Source of the DNA: Haloquadratum walsbyi C23
GTDB taxonomy: Archaea > Halobacteriota > Halobacteria > Halobacteriales > Haloferacaceae
Direction of reading: 5' to 3'
NCBI RefSeq assembly: GCF_000237865.1
Contig: NC_017459.1
Coordinates: 1,110,001-1,142,000 of the forward strand
Length of the DNA: 32,000 nt
A program made the translations under genes and the position numbers. This document shows, piece by piece, positions 7,959 through 16,712 of this stretch (the first letter of the stretch is position 1; the number at the start of each line of letters is the position of its first letter). Under the pieces are notes generated by a model. The model saw only the letters and a list, made by a program, of their open reading frames with translations. It was not told the origin of the DNA and did not search any database.

Positions 7959-8467
7959 ACAGCGAGCTGGTGGCTGGCCTCGTCGTACGCGAGTGCTGCT
8001 TGCGCGACGGCGAGATTCTGTCGCGTCGTGCGCCACGCGGTGAGGTCATCCCAGCCCTTCGTCTCGCCGGCTTCAAGCTGCTGGGCGAGTTCTTCCGGGG
8101 ACACCACATCGTACTGGTCCTCGTAGCGCCGGATCTCGGCTTTCATCTCCTGGATACTGTCCAGCAACTCCGGTCGATCGACTTCCTCACGAAGCTCGCG
8201 GATCCGGGACATCAACACCCGATCACTGTTGCGCTTGTACAGTGTCGTTTGGCCGTCCGGTTCCGTCTCGGCGAAGCCCGTGTTCACGAGCGACTTGCAG
8301 TGGCGACGCGCTGTCGGCTCGCTCACGAGCGCCCGCTCGCCGATCTCGGCTGCCGATTGCCCGTCGTGGGTCTGTTCAACGACTTCGTACACCCGCTCGA
8401 ACGGCGTGGTGTCGTCTTTCCAGTCCGCCTTGACCTGCTCGTTGATGTCGTCCCACATCTCGGTCAT
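7955..8467 (-). CDS. HTH DNA-binding protein with a C-terminal coiled coil; candidate antitoxin or regulator partner of 7506..7958
   Basis: The track start (8494) is TTG. The first ATG, at 8465-8467, gives MTEMWDDINEQ... Contains SAAEIGERALVSEPTARRHCKSLVNTGF (HTH). 4-nt overlap with the downstream gene. Confidence 0.65.
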   Translation of the reverse strand: MTEMWDDINEQVKADWKDDTTPFERVYEVVEQTHDGQSAAEIGERALVSEPTARRHCKSLVNTGFAETEPDGQTTLYKRNSDRVLMSRIRELREEVDRPELLDSIQEMKAEIRRYEDQYDVVSPEELAQQLEAGETKGWDDLTAWRTTRQNLAVAQAALAYDEASHQLAV

Positions 8468-9065
8468 ACTGGGCGCTACGGAGTGTAGGAACAAATAGTT
8501 TCTCGAGGAAATTATCTGTGATCGTCGTGCAGGTGCGCTGTCAGACTATCTGCTCCGGTAAGACAGCCGGTGGAATCACGGGCAAACTCGCCTTTGAGAA
8601 TATTATGATACCAGCCAGACATTCCTTGGTCGCTACTCGATACGATCACACATCTCTCCGGGTTTCATGAGTATGCGATTCTAATATTCGGAAATTCTAC
8701 TATCTAGCCACTTTTGTGGCGACGGAAGAGTTCTGTACCCGTATCACATCTCCCTACGAATATGGAGACGCCGGCTGCCTATGATATCGTCTGTACAGTC
8801 GCGGCCGACGGTGAGGTGAACGACGGCGAAGGAGTCGTCAGCCTCCTCGTTCGGTGGTGTGCCGCCATCCGATCGTATTTGACTTGGTGTGGGTAACCTG
8901 TCTTGGCTATCCGTATAATCAAACGTGGATTGCCCAAACGACTGTGTAACCAAATCCATCATATCATCCCCAAAGACGAGCGGTTCGGCATACCGACCGC
9001 GTGTCATGTAGCGGAACCACGTGGGGTCGGATAAACACGCCTGGTCGCGCACCGCTTCCCCGGTT

Positions 9066-9434
9066 TCAGGGAAAAATCTCAGACCAGGTCTCGAGGTCGT
9101 GGCTGCGCGCGCAGCGAAGCGAGCACGGAGCGGAGGTGGGGCGGTCGTCGGCGTTCGCGATGTACCGCTGGACGCCATCCATCACCCGCGAGACGACCGG
9201 CTCGGAGAACTCGAGCGGCGCCGCAACTGTCGCCCAGCCCTCGTCGATTGCGGTGTCGACGGGCGGGTTTTCGACATCCGGATCGTCGACGGTCAGCTCC
9301 TCGCACACCCGTTCGGGCAGGACGAAGGTGACGTCGTTCCGTCGAGCGAACCGCCGAACGGCCTGGTACCGGCTGTTCGACGGCTGTCCCATCGCGACGA
9401 ACAGGCCGGTGTCGGCGATGTGGAGCCGGCTCAC
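9066..9434 (-). pseudogene. PIN-domain-like paralog of 4676..5203, C-terminal part shifted into another frame
   Basis: GTG start overlapping the upstream stop (GTGA at 9431-9434). MSRLHIADTGLFV, VCEEL and IANADDR parallel the intact paralog. The expected C-terminus (...FRYxx) appears instead in the frame of ORF 8744..9178 (...LSDPTWFRYMT), and the TTD motif is lost. Confidence 0.5.
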
Positions 9435-10030
9435 GCGTCGTCAGCCGCGTCGCCGTCGTCGATATCCAACTCGTTGAGTCCTGCCCCAGCCTCCTCGATA
9501 TCGTAGTGCTCGTGGACGACGGGCCGGAGCGCCTGGAGGATCATCTCCGCAGCCAGCGGGGAGATTTCGAGATCCTCCGCCATCAGCCGGTGGGTTACTT
9601 CCCCACGTTCCCGAGCGACGGCGTAGGTGAGCGCGGTCGCGAGGCCGGTGACGCCGTGGCGGTCGATGTAGGTGTCGATGTCGGCGTCCGTCTCGCGGTG
9701 ACCGACGGCGTCGATCAGCGCCGGCGTGATGGTGTACTCGCGGTCGCCCGCGGCCGTCGTCACGGTCAGGTCGATCTCCCGAGCAGCATACTTCCGGGGC
9801 TGCTCGTCGTCGGTGACGTCGACGACGCCCGCGTCAACGAGCCGGTTGACGTAGCTGTAGGCGGTCCCCTGTGCAATCTCGAGGTCGTCCATCACGTCCT
9901 GGACGGTCGCCTCCCCCTCCCGAGCAAGGTACGCGTACAGCTGGGCGAGCTGTGGCTCCTCAAGGAGATCAGCGACCGAGAGGAAGTCCTGGACAATGTC
10001 GCCATCGGCGCGGTTTGAGGTGCGTGACAC
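9431..10030 (-). CDS. HTH (TrmB/ArsR-like) protein, paralog of 5200..5736
   Basis: GTG start. Contains LYAYLAREGEATVQDVMDDLEIAQGTAYSYVNRLVDAGVV plus the shared C-terminal blocks ITPALIDAV, DIDTYIDRHG and SPLAAEMILQALRPVV. Acidic tail. Confidence 0.7.
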   Translation of the reverse strand: MSRTSNRADGDIVQDFLSVADLLEEPQLAQLYAYLAREGEATVQDVMDDLEIAQGTAYSYVNRLVDAGVVDVTDDEQPRKYAAREIDLTVTTAAGDREYTITPALIDAVGHRETDADIDTYIDRHGVTGLATALTYAVARERGEVTHRLMAEDLEISPLAAEMILQALRPVVHEHYDIEEAGAGLNELDIDDGDAADDA

Positions 10031-10079
10031 GATTCGTTCTTGATTACAGTTTACAGCGAATCAGTAAAAAGTGTTGAGG

Positions 10080-10331
10080 TCACTCCGCCGGCGTCGCGAC
10101 CAGATGCTCTTCGAGGTCACGGTCAACGTCGTCGGGGATGATTCCGGTCCAGTCGTCGTTACTCCGATCGCCGGCGGCCCATTCGACGAACCGTTCGAGT
10201 TCGCGGGCGGCGTTCCGGCGGTAGTTCCCGCCCTCGCCACCGCGACCCTTGCCCTTGTCCTGGAGGTACCGGTCGAACGTCTCGGAGAGTGGTGTCGAGT
10301 TACCGCGTGACGGTGGGGCGTTTCGATCCAT
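10080..10331 (-). pseudogene. N-terminal stub (83 aa) of a tyrosine integrase, homologous to the N-terminus of the pseudogene at 2589..3800
   Basis: MDRNAPPSRGNSTPLSETFDRYLQDKGKGRGGEGGNYRRNAARELERFVEWAAGD...DWTGIIPDDVDRD. It shares a 30-nt identical block with 3676-3705. The catalytic domain is absent, and the ORF ends where the upstream region of the HTH gene begins. Confidence 0.7.
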
Positions 10332-10340
10332 ACGTGTTCG

Positions 10341-10946
10341 TCACGGGGCCAGCTGGTCGTCCAGGATATCACTACAATCGATCGGAATCCCCTCCCACGC
10401 GGCTTTCACGGCGTTGTATCCAGTCCAGCCCTCACGCTCCAACAGCTCCCCACACGCCTCGCAGAACTGACGACGCGAGATCAGATCGTTGTCGTAGAGG
10501 ATGTAGAACAGAAACGGCGGCGCCACGACACTGGTATCTTCACCATTGTCGTCGACAGCGCGACGGATCGAACGACGGCCAGCCGCGTCCATCAGGATAA
10601 CGTAGTCGACGGCCTGCGGGTTCTGTTCCACTTCCTGCCGGAGGGATTCCTCACCCGCGTCTGCCCCGTGGGGACGGGGCACGCTCGTCACCTGGGTAAG
10701 CGGCGCCTCATCGTCTTCGAGGGCATCAAGCGCGGCACGGCTCCCGTGATGAAGCCGGTACGGCCGGCTCCCTTCCGGCGCTGTCTCTCGCGTGTTCTCG
10801 ACATGCCGCCCTAGTTCCTGTTTGCAGACGTTCGTCGTCGTGAGGCCGACGTGTTCGATAATCTGAGGCCACAAGGAACTATTCGCGACGGCAATCAGTG
10901 CGTCAGTATCGACCAGGATGGGGTACCGCGTGGCGTCCGAGGCTAT
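10341..10946 (-). CDS. PIN-domain protein (DUF3368/COG2405-like) lacking a canonical start codon
   Basis: The frame is open from the codon after the upstream TAA. Translation: IASDATRYPILVDTDALIAVANSSLWPQIIEHVGLTTTNVCKQEL... (PIN N-terminal Asp box). The track ORF starts only at an internal TTG (10874), downstream of that box. The codon right after the TAA is ATA (10944-10946). Confidence 0.5.
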   Translation of the reverse strand: MASDATRYPILVDTDALIAVANSSLWPQIIEHVGLTTTNVCKQELGRHVENTRETAPEGSRPYRLHHGSRAALDALEDDEAPLTQVTSVPRPHGADAGEESLRQEVEQNPQAVDYVILMDAAGRRSIRRAVDDNGEDTSVVAPPFLFYILYDNDLISRRQFCEACGELLEREGWTGYNAVKAAWEGIPIDCSDILDDQLAP

Positions 10947-11258
10947 TTAGACGAGATAGTCGCTGGTGTCATCCTCGGAAGCCTCACGGAATGCATCGAT
11001 ATCCTCTTGTACCAGTTCAAACTCGTCACCGAGGAGCACGCGAGCAGCATCCTCTGAGAGGTCGCCCGATGAATAGCGTTCGTAGATTGCGATTTTATCA
11101 TCATCGGTCATCGTTCGCCGGAGCATCTGAGTGAGCCCCTCGCGTGCAAGTTCACTGATGTTGACTCCGCCCAGATGGACTGAATCGAGCTCGGTCGCTA
11201 CTTCTTTGAGTGGGCCAGCGCGGAACTTGATCGTATCGTCGAGCGATTCCTGACTCAT
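10947..11258 (-). CDS. UPF0175-like antitoxin candidate
   Basis: ATG at 11256-11258 gives MSQESLDD... (alternative ATG at 11310-11312). The C-terminal IAIYERYSSGDLSEDAARVLLGDEFELVQEDIDAF resembles the UPF0175 helix pattern that pairs with DUF3368 PIN toxins. This is recollection. Confidence 0.55.
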   Translation of the reverse strand: MSQESLDDTIKFRAGPLKEVATELDSVHLGGVNISELAREGLTQMLRRTMTDDDKIAIYERYSSGDLSEDAARVLLGDEFELVQEDIDAFREASEDDTSDYLV

Positions 11259-11352
11259 GGCAGAAGGTAACCGGGGGTGCTTGATAAGTTGTTCCCCTAT
11301 GTGTGAACACATGGGAACAGTCGGAATTGCTAGCTACTTCACCCGTATCAGA

Positions 11353-11550
11353 TCACGAGCCCTCACTGTCCAGATTGGTCATTGACTCGGTAGGGCCGTT
11401 GGTGTCAACGATCTCCCGGCAGCGAACGTCTGTCTGGCGTGCTCGAGGAGGAAGCGACACACCGCGCCCTGGGTGTGTTCGGCCGAGGTCGGGGAGTGAG
11501 GGCCCTGCCTCGTCGATAGAGTGGAACTCGTCTTTCGAGAGAGGCATCAT
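11353..11550 (-). pseudogene. Decayed copy of the small wHTH gene at 4328..4561
   Basis: MPLSKDEFHSIDEAGPSLPDLG parallels MVISKEDFRSIDEDGPSLPDLA, then the frame is lost, with ...REIVDT recovered later. The conserved 5' flank agaagctatcagatcttatcgac (11568-11590) differs by one nt from 4582-4604. Confidence 0.5.
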
Positions 11551-11971
11551 GCGTATTGGTTTGTATTAGAAGCTATCAGATCTTATCGACAGGACTCTCG
11601 GCATGAATCGGTAGGGGAGCGATGTTCGCCGGCTTTTCCCTAGGTTCAAGGCCCGCTTCGTGCGGTTCCACGTTTCGTGCTTCCCCAACGGCGTCGGGGT
11701 AGTTTAAAATGGTCGTGATTACGGGCATAATCACAATCAAATAGAATATCGCTCATCTGTAGAAGTGAATACCTGTAGTTTCGATCCTCTCTGATCACAG
11801 GTGTCAGTTCGTTATTCTGCCGACTCTACACCCAATCTTCCGCAGGTACTGACTGCTACAGATGAGCGATCGAAGATTTTCGAACGACCTGTGGAGACCG
11901 GAACCGCTCTGAAACGACTCTCTCAGTGAGAGTGGATTTATAATTTCTGTCGAAGAAGCAGGAAGCCTCGT

Positions 11972-11990
11972 GGCTTTGATGTGACCCCGA
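11972..11990 (-). repeat. 19-nt exact repeat of 1688-1706 (ggctttgatgtgaccccga), same motif family as the 245-1710 cluster
   Basis: Read directly in both places. A 19-mer match is not expected by chance in 32 kb. It lies at the GC transition between the high-GC block and the FkbM gene. Confidence 0.5.
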
Positions 11991-12086
11991 TGCAGGTCCA
12001 CAATGCCGCGGCCTCCATCTCGACAGTGAGAAGTATATTTCTCTTTGACACGAGTGACTTTTGCGAGCGAAAGATCTAATAATGAC

Positions 12087-12803
12087 ATGTCGCTCATGCG
12101 CCGACTCCGGCACAGTCTGGTCGGTGCCATATACGCGGGATATTACCGAGCACGCGACCTGAACTATACGTACGGCAGACCGACACAAAAGACAGTGGGC
12201 GAGGTACAGTTCCGGAGTTATGAGTTGTACAATCTACACGGTCGGGACGAGCTCCTGTTAGGACTTCTTGAGCGAATCGAAAATCAGGATACTGTCTACG
12301 ACATTGGGGCGAATGTTGGCGTCTACACTTGTGCCGCCGCTTCGATAGGTGCAGAGGTAGTTGCGCTTGAGCCGAACGCCGAGGCGCGAGAGAAGCTCCA
12401 GCAGAACATCGACACAAACGGGTTTGATACTACCGTCCTGCCTGTGGCGGTTGTCGATGAAGACGGTACGGAGACGTTTTATCTATCATCATATCCGGAG
12501 ATTTCGTCGCTCCATCGTTCGAACGCGAAGATATCTGGAGGGTCCGTAATTGAGCAAACCAACGTAGAAACACGCACCATTGACTCCATCGTTGGTCACC
12601 ATCCCCAGCCTGACCACATCAAAATCGACGTGGAGGGGGCAGGCGATGATGTCCTTCGCGGGGCGACGGATACGCTCAAGACAGCGATGCCAACGGTATA
12701 CTTCGAGCCACATGGTGACTGTCGCGAGACACGGGACTTCCTCCATGAATTGGGTTATGCTGTCGAAGATCTTGGAGAGGGACTTATCTGTACACCGCGG
12801 TAA
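12087..12803 (+). CDS. FkbM-family SAM-dependent methyltransferase
   Basis: VYDIGANVGVYT (SAM-binding glycine motif), VVALEPN and the IKIDVEGAGDDVLRG block are typical of FkbM-type methyltransferases. ATG at 12087 is preferred over the TTG track start at 12045. Confidence 0.8.
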   Translation: MSLMRRLRHSLVGAIYAGYYRARDLNYTYGRPTQKTVGEVQFRSYELYNLHGRDELLLGLLERIENQDTVYDIGANVGVYTCAAASIGAEVVALEPNAEAREKLQQNIDTNGFDTTVLPVAVVDEDGTETFYLSSYPEISSLHRSNAKISGGSVIEQTNVETRTIDSIVGHHPQPDHIKIDVEGAGDDVLRGATDTLKTAMPTVYFEPHGDCRETRDFLHELGYAVEDLGEGLICTPR

Positions 12804-13186
12804 TCGCCAGGAAACACATCTAATACTCCTGTTCTATCAAAAATTTTATGAGCCTAACGATTTCACTCTGACGATCAGACAGAGCAGAAATGACATAATC
12901 CAGATTGTTCGAACGTGGTCAGAAGCGCCCTGTTCATCATCATCATAAGGTCGGTGGGGAGGACCCGGTCAAGAGAACTGACGAGGGCAGCACTACCTCA
13001 ACGGTATCATCGAGAAGCAAACTTCAGGGTAGGAACCTCCGAGTAACAGGCATCTCGACCCGTACAACGTGCATAAGAATCCATATAGAACTACATATCT
13101 TCTCACCTCGAAGATGCACGCATGCGAGTGAAAGCTTAAAGAAAGTAGATACATCAGGCACTTTGAATCATCTCAAAAATAGGTGG

Positions 13187-13912
13187 CTACACAGGAGTTG
13201 TATCCTTGACGGCCTCAGCAACCCGATCAAGAAACGCGGAGTCGTAATCTCCGTTGACATGATTAATATTCCATAACCCAGGATTTCGTATCTCCTGTCT
13301 TGGAGATTCTGCTCCTACCCAGTCGCTGTTGCGTCTGTCAAGACCGTCCTTCTCGAAGTTGCTCACGAGTGCAATAGCGTTTTGTTCGATGTATGCTCGG
13401 TCGCTATCCGGACCGGGTTCGTCGTCTACGTCGATCCACAGAAACGGGAGATCACGTATGTGGTCGCTCACTTGCCGTTCAAGGTCATGCTCGTTCAGAC
13501 GTCGATTTGGGTCGGCACTCGACCCGTCACCCCAATACGGGTATTCGGCATGGAGATTATGCCGTTCGATAAGTGCTTTCCCGATATGTTTTCGAAACAC
13601 CGAACCTCGGTGGTTGCCGCCACCCGCATATGTTCCGCTGTTTGCCCCCCGATGTGCGCGAAGTCGGCTCCATAATGACGCTCCTGAACCAGACGAAACG
13701 GCGTGCGTTCCGATTCGAGTGAGACGGTGTTGATCGTCAGTGTCCCTGTATTCGTCATGTGCAAATAAGAAGTAGACACCACGCTTAGGCCAGTCAAGAT
13801 AGCCCGTACAGCTTTTGAGTCGATGCTTCCCGCTAACACGGTCTTCAAGATCGATTAATAACTCATACAAACGGTCGAGGTCAGCCTCTCGTGACACTAT
13901 TACCGGATTCAC
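13187..13912 (-). CDS. GIY-YIG-like domain protein of unknown function
   Basis: GTG start. GVYFLFAHDE...LTRIGTHAV...LWSRLRAHRG...GNHRGSVFRKHIGKALI matches my recollection of a family annotated as GIY-YIG nuclease family protein. 241 aa with no internal problems. Confidence 0.65.
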   Translation of the reverse strand: MNPVIVSREADLDRLYELLIDLEDRVSGKHRLKSCTGYLDWPKRGVYFLFAHDEYRDTDDQHRLTRIGTHAVSSGSGASLWSRLRAHRGANSGTYAGGGNHRGSVFRKHIGKALIERHNLHAEYPYWGDGSSADPNRRLNEHDLERQVSDHIRDLPFLWIDVDDEPGPDSDRAYIEQNAIALVSNFEKDGLDRRNSDWVGAESPRQEIRNPGLWNINHVNGDYDSAFLDRVAEAVKDTTPV

Positions 13913-14489
13913 TCCGATAAATAAAGATTCTCAGGGATTGATGTGACAGTAGCAACATATCGAAACCTGCAGTATTCTGAAACCGTTGTGCAGGCGATTG
14001 TTTCGGTCGTTGGCTTTTATATAACTGTATCTCAAATCCTATATGATTGATAGATTATTAGATTTCAACTATGTTTTCATATACAGTTTCAATCAAATAC
14101 AGAGTAGTGGCGTGACGGCGTTGGACGCTGGACACTGGACGCTGAATTGGTTTGACCCTCATTCTCGTCATATCTTGAATCAGAAATTCCGAGGCTCGAG
14201 ATGCCTATCGCCCCTAAATCGACTATTGAGACTGCTCGTCAAGTCCACGTGCACATTGAACTATGATTCTTTTTTTTATCGCTATCAATTTCCCTGCGAT
14301 ACTGGCGCTGTAGAGGACCAGCGATTATATAGAAATAAAACTGTACGACACAATGGAATTCCACTCTGTAAACAAATATACCCACTTTGCCTACAAATAA
14401 ATATTCCGTATATATTTGAAGCATACACAGAGTACGATCTTATTCGCTGAATTGTCGATTTATCACCGAATTGTATAATTTTGCAACGG

Positions 14490-14933
14490 ATAACAGCTCA
14501 TGAGATACTAAATATACGTATTGAGAGAAGAGTGTAACATCAAAAATAGAAGTAAAACATGATAGCAATAAATCAAGGGCAAGTAATTAATCATAAATAA
14601 CGCGCAGTGAACAACAAATTGTGAATAATAAAATATGAATGGAATCATATGGTTATATCCTAGCGATCCCAATCGTGCTACCTGATGTGTGAGAGGTGAG
14701 TTAGTCGTTACATTTGCATCACCGTATCATATACTCTGTGTGCCGTGTTTTTTCTCACGTCTCATGTCTCGTGAGAGGAAACTGTCAATCAGCTGGGCGC
14801 GTTTGATTATCCGAGCTCCTGTCACTGTCCGGAATCATTTAATGAAATCTCGTCCTCAACTAACTCATGACCAAGTTCGATCCAGAGAAGTTCGATAATA
14901 AATACGAACATTACTTCGAAGAGATTGAGCAGG
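14490..14933 (+). repeat. Right copy of the ~445-bp diverged direct repeat (candidate attR region) ending in the identical 29-bp core 14905-14933
   Basis: See 1839..2283. Same order of conserved blocks, and the identical core is cgaacattacttcgaagagattgagcagg. Confidence 0.75.
14836..14844 (+). promoter_or_regulatory. TATA-box-like element about 27 nt upstream of the ATG at 14867
   Basis: catttaatg lies within the conserved ggaatcatttaatg block. Same position relative to the ATG as in the left repeat copy. Confidence 0.35.
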
Positions 14934-15208
14934 CATACTCAGATGCATATCAGCAACTGCATGGCGCGTGTGACTCTGAGACCCTCCGAGCGATTGATCG
15001 AAAAGTACTCAGCGAGAGTGAGCCTCTCTATGAGGGGAATGGGAAGTTCCACGTTCGTCTCCCTGACGATATCGACGAACGTGCACAGTCTCTCCCTGGC
15101 GATGAAGAATCGTTCAACGCTGTTCTTGACGAGTTTACCACCAGAATTGAACATGAACTTCATAATCTCTTTGTCTTTGAATTCGAGGAGCAAACTCGCC
15201 GTGACTGA
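14867..15208 (+). CDS. Small conserved acidic haloarchaeal protein (DUF-type, function unknown)
   Basis: MTKFDPEKFDNKYEHYFEEIEQAYSDAYQQLHG...AIDRKVLSESEPLYEGNGKFHVRLPDD... resembles a roughly 110-aa protein family widespread in Halobacteria (recollection; DUF number not asserted). ATG start. Confidence 0.75.
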   Translation: MTKFDPEKFDNKYEHYFEEIEQAYSDAYQQLHGACDSETLRAIDRKVLSESEPLYEGNGKFHVRLPDDIDERAQSLPGDEESFNAVLDEFTTRIEHELHNLFVFEFEEQTRRD

Positions 15209-15346
15209 CGAGAAAGACTCGGAGGCGACAGCGTCTGCCGTTTGCATCGTCAGTCATCGGTATACGTGATCCCACAGATGAGGTCATAATATGACACACG
15301 TAATATCCATCGAGACAGATCACTACTCAGCAAAGCAATCCAGTCA

Positions 15347-15970
15347 ATGGTTTCATTTCCTGACGGCATCCAAAACAAACGAAGTGCAATGACACGCAAT
15401 CATGATATCAGTGGATTGGATCTTACTGGAGATACATACGTCGTTGAGCAATCCCTGCTGCCGATTCGAAACAAGTACAAAGCGATGGATGCGGATGAAA
15501 ACGTCGTCATCCGTGGGAAGCAGAAAATGTTCAAACTCAAAGAGGAGTTTCCATTCGTTGATTCAAACGGTGAAGAGGTGTTTGAGGTCAATGCTGGAGG
15601 AATGATTGACATTGCTGGTAACTATGTCTTGACAGACTCACAAACGGGTGAAGATCTCATCGTCCTCGATAATGATTATTCACTTCTGCAAGACACTTGG
15701 CGGATACGGGATGTGGACACAGAAGAGAAGATTGCAGAAATTAATTCTCGTGGGACCCTCGTGACAATCGCTCGTAATGTGATTCCGTTCGGTGAGTTCA
15801 TTCCACATAAATATGAGATTACTGACGCCAATGATTCTCATATTGGAAATATCGATGGGCAAATATCACTTCGAGACCGGTATAAAATCACTATTGACGA
15901 TACAAACACTGTGTCGAAAGAAGCCGTTATTGCTGCGGCAATGGTTATTGACGCAATCCAGGGTAACTGA
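15347..15970 (+). CDS. LURP-one-related (tubby C-terminal-like, DUF567) family protein
   Basis: Repeated beta-strand pattern: YVVEQSLLPIRNKYKAMDADENVVIRGKQKMFKLKEEFPFVDSNGEEVFEV... and a terminal RDRYKITIDD...AAAMVIDAI. An alternative ATG at 15389 (MTRNHDISG) is equally plausible. Confidence 0.7.
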   Translation: MVSFPDGIQNKRSAMTRNHDISGLDLTGDTYVVEQSLLPIRNKYKAMDADENVVIRGKQKMFKLKEEFPFVDSNGEEVFEVNAGGMIDIAGNYVLTDSQTGEDLIVLDNDYSLLQDTWRIRDVDTEEKIAEINSRGTLVTIARNVIPFGEFIPHKYEITDANDSHIGNIDGQISLRDRYKITIDDTNTVSKEAVIAAAMVIDAIQGN

Positions 15971-16712
15971 GTGTCCGACTGATCACCGTCCTCAGAAAAG
16001 CGCAGATCAATGCATGTATACGTCGACTGTGTCGCCATCATTATATTTGATTGTCACCGTATTATCACCGTTATTCCAGGCAGCTCTGCCCTCGCGCCAT
16101 CACAATTCATCATTCGTGTCTATGCCATCGCCAGTGTACGGTATCATCAATTCCCCTGGTTTTGATCTAAAACCTGCCAGGAATTCATGAGAAAGGGATT
16201 CCAAACTGCAGAAATAGAACGAGAAATGAGAATACCATGCCGATTATTCCTGCGAGACGGGTTTTGAGTTGAGTTTTCATGACACAATATGATACCCCGG
16301 ATTATTTAGGTATATAGACACTATTTCACAGTTTGAGAGGCTTTCAACATACCTGATATCTTCTCGGCGCTAAAGCGCGAGGATTCGGAATAATATGCGG
16401 ACTGTGTACCCTCTAAGCACAGACTATACTGATAGTTGTACTATAATTATTGGGAATATATTTGATTGGCATATTAAACATGTGAGCTATTGGAAAAGCT
16501 TCGAGGTAAAGATATTCAACGGTCAGGCGATATTAACGAGCAATGAGCATGAGGATGAGTCGATAACAGGTATTGCTACATACCAGAAATCAAGCTGATG
16601 AGGTTTCATACCTATATGCTCAAGTTAGTTGGGAACAAACGAGAAGATATCAGAATATAATAACAAGTGAAGCTTCGACAAATTGGACACTGTATTTGAG
16701 CGTCTTAAGACC

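Noticed and set aside
8744-9007. Possible 87-aa acidic ORF (MTRGRYAEPLVFGDD...) on the minus strand
   Set aside because: It is the read-through continuation of the frameshifted PIN paralog frame (...WFRYMT). No independent start context or family, so it is not called as a gene.
14043-14450. 135-aa + strand ORF
   Set aside because: It lies in a very AT-rich intergenic stretch. The product is rich in Phe/Ile/Tyr/Leu/Asn and non-acidic, unlike every credible protein here. No motifs.
16185-16280. 31-aa hydrophobic minus-strand ORF (MKTQLKTRLAGIIGMVFSFLVLFLQFGIPFS)
   Set aside because: It could be a small membrane peptide, but it is too short to support without conservation or expression data.
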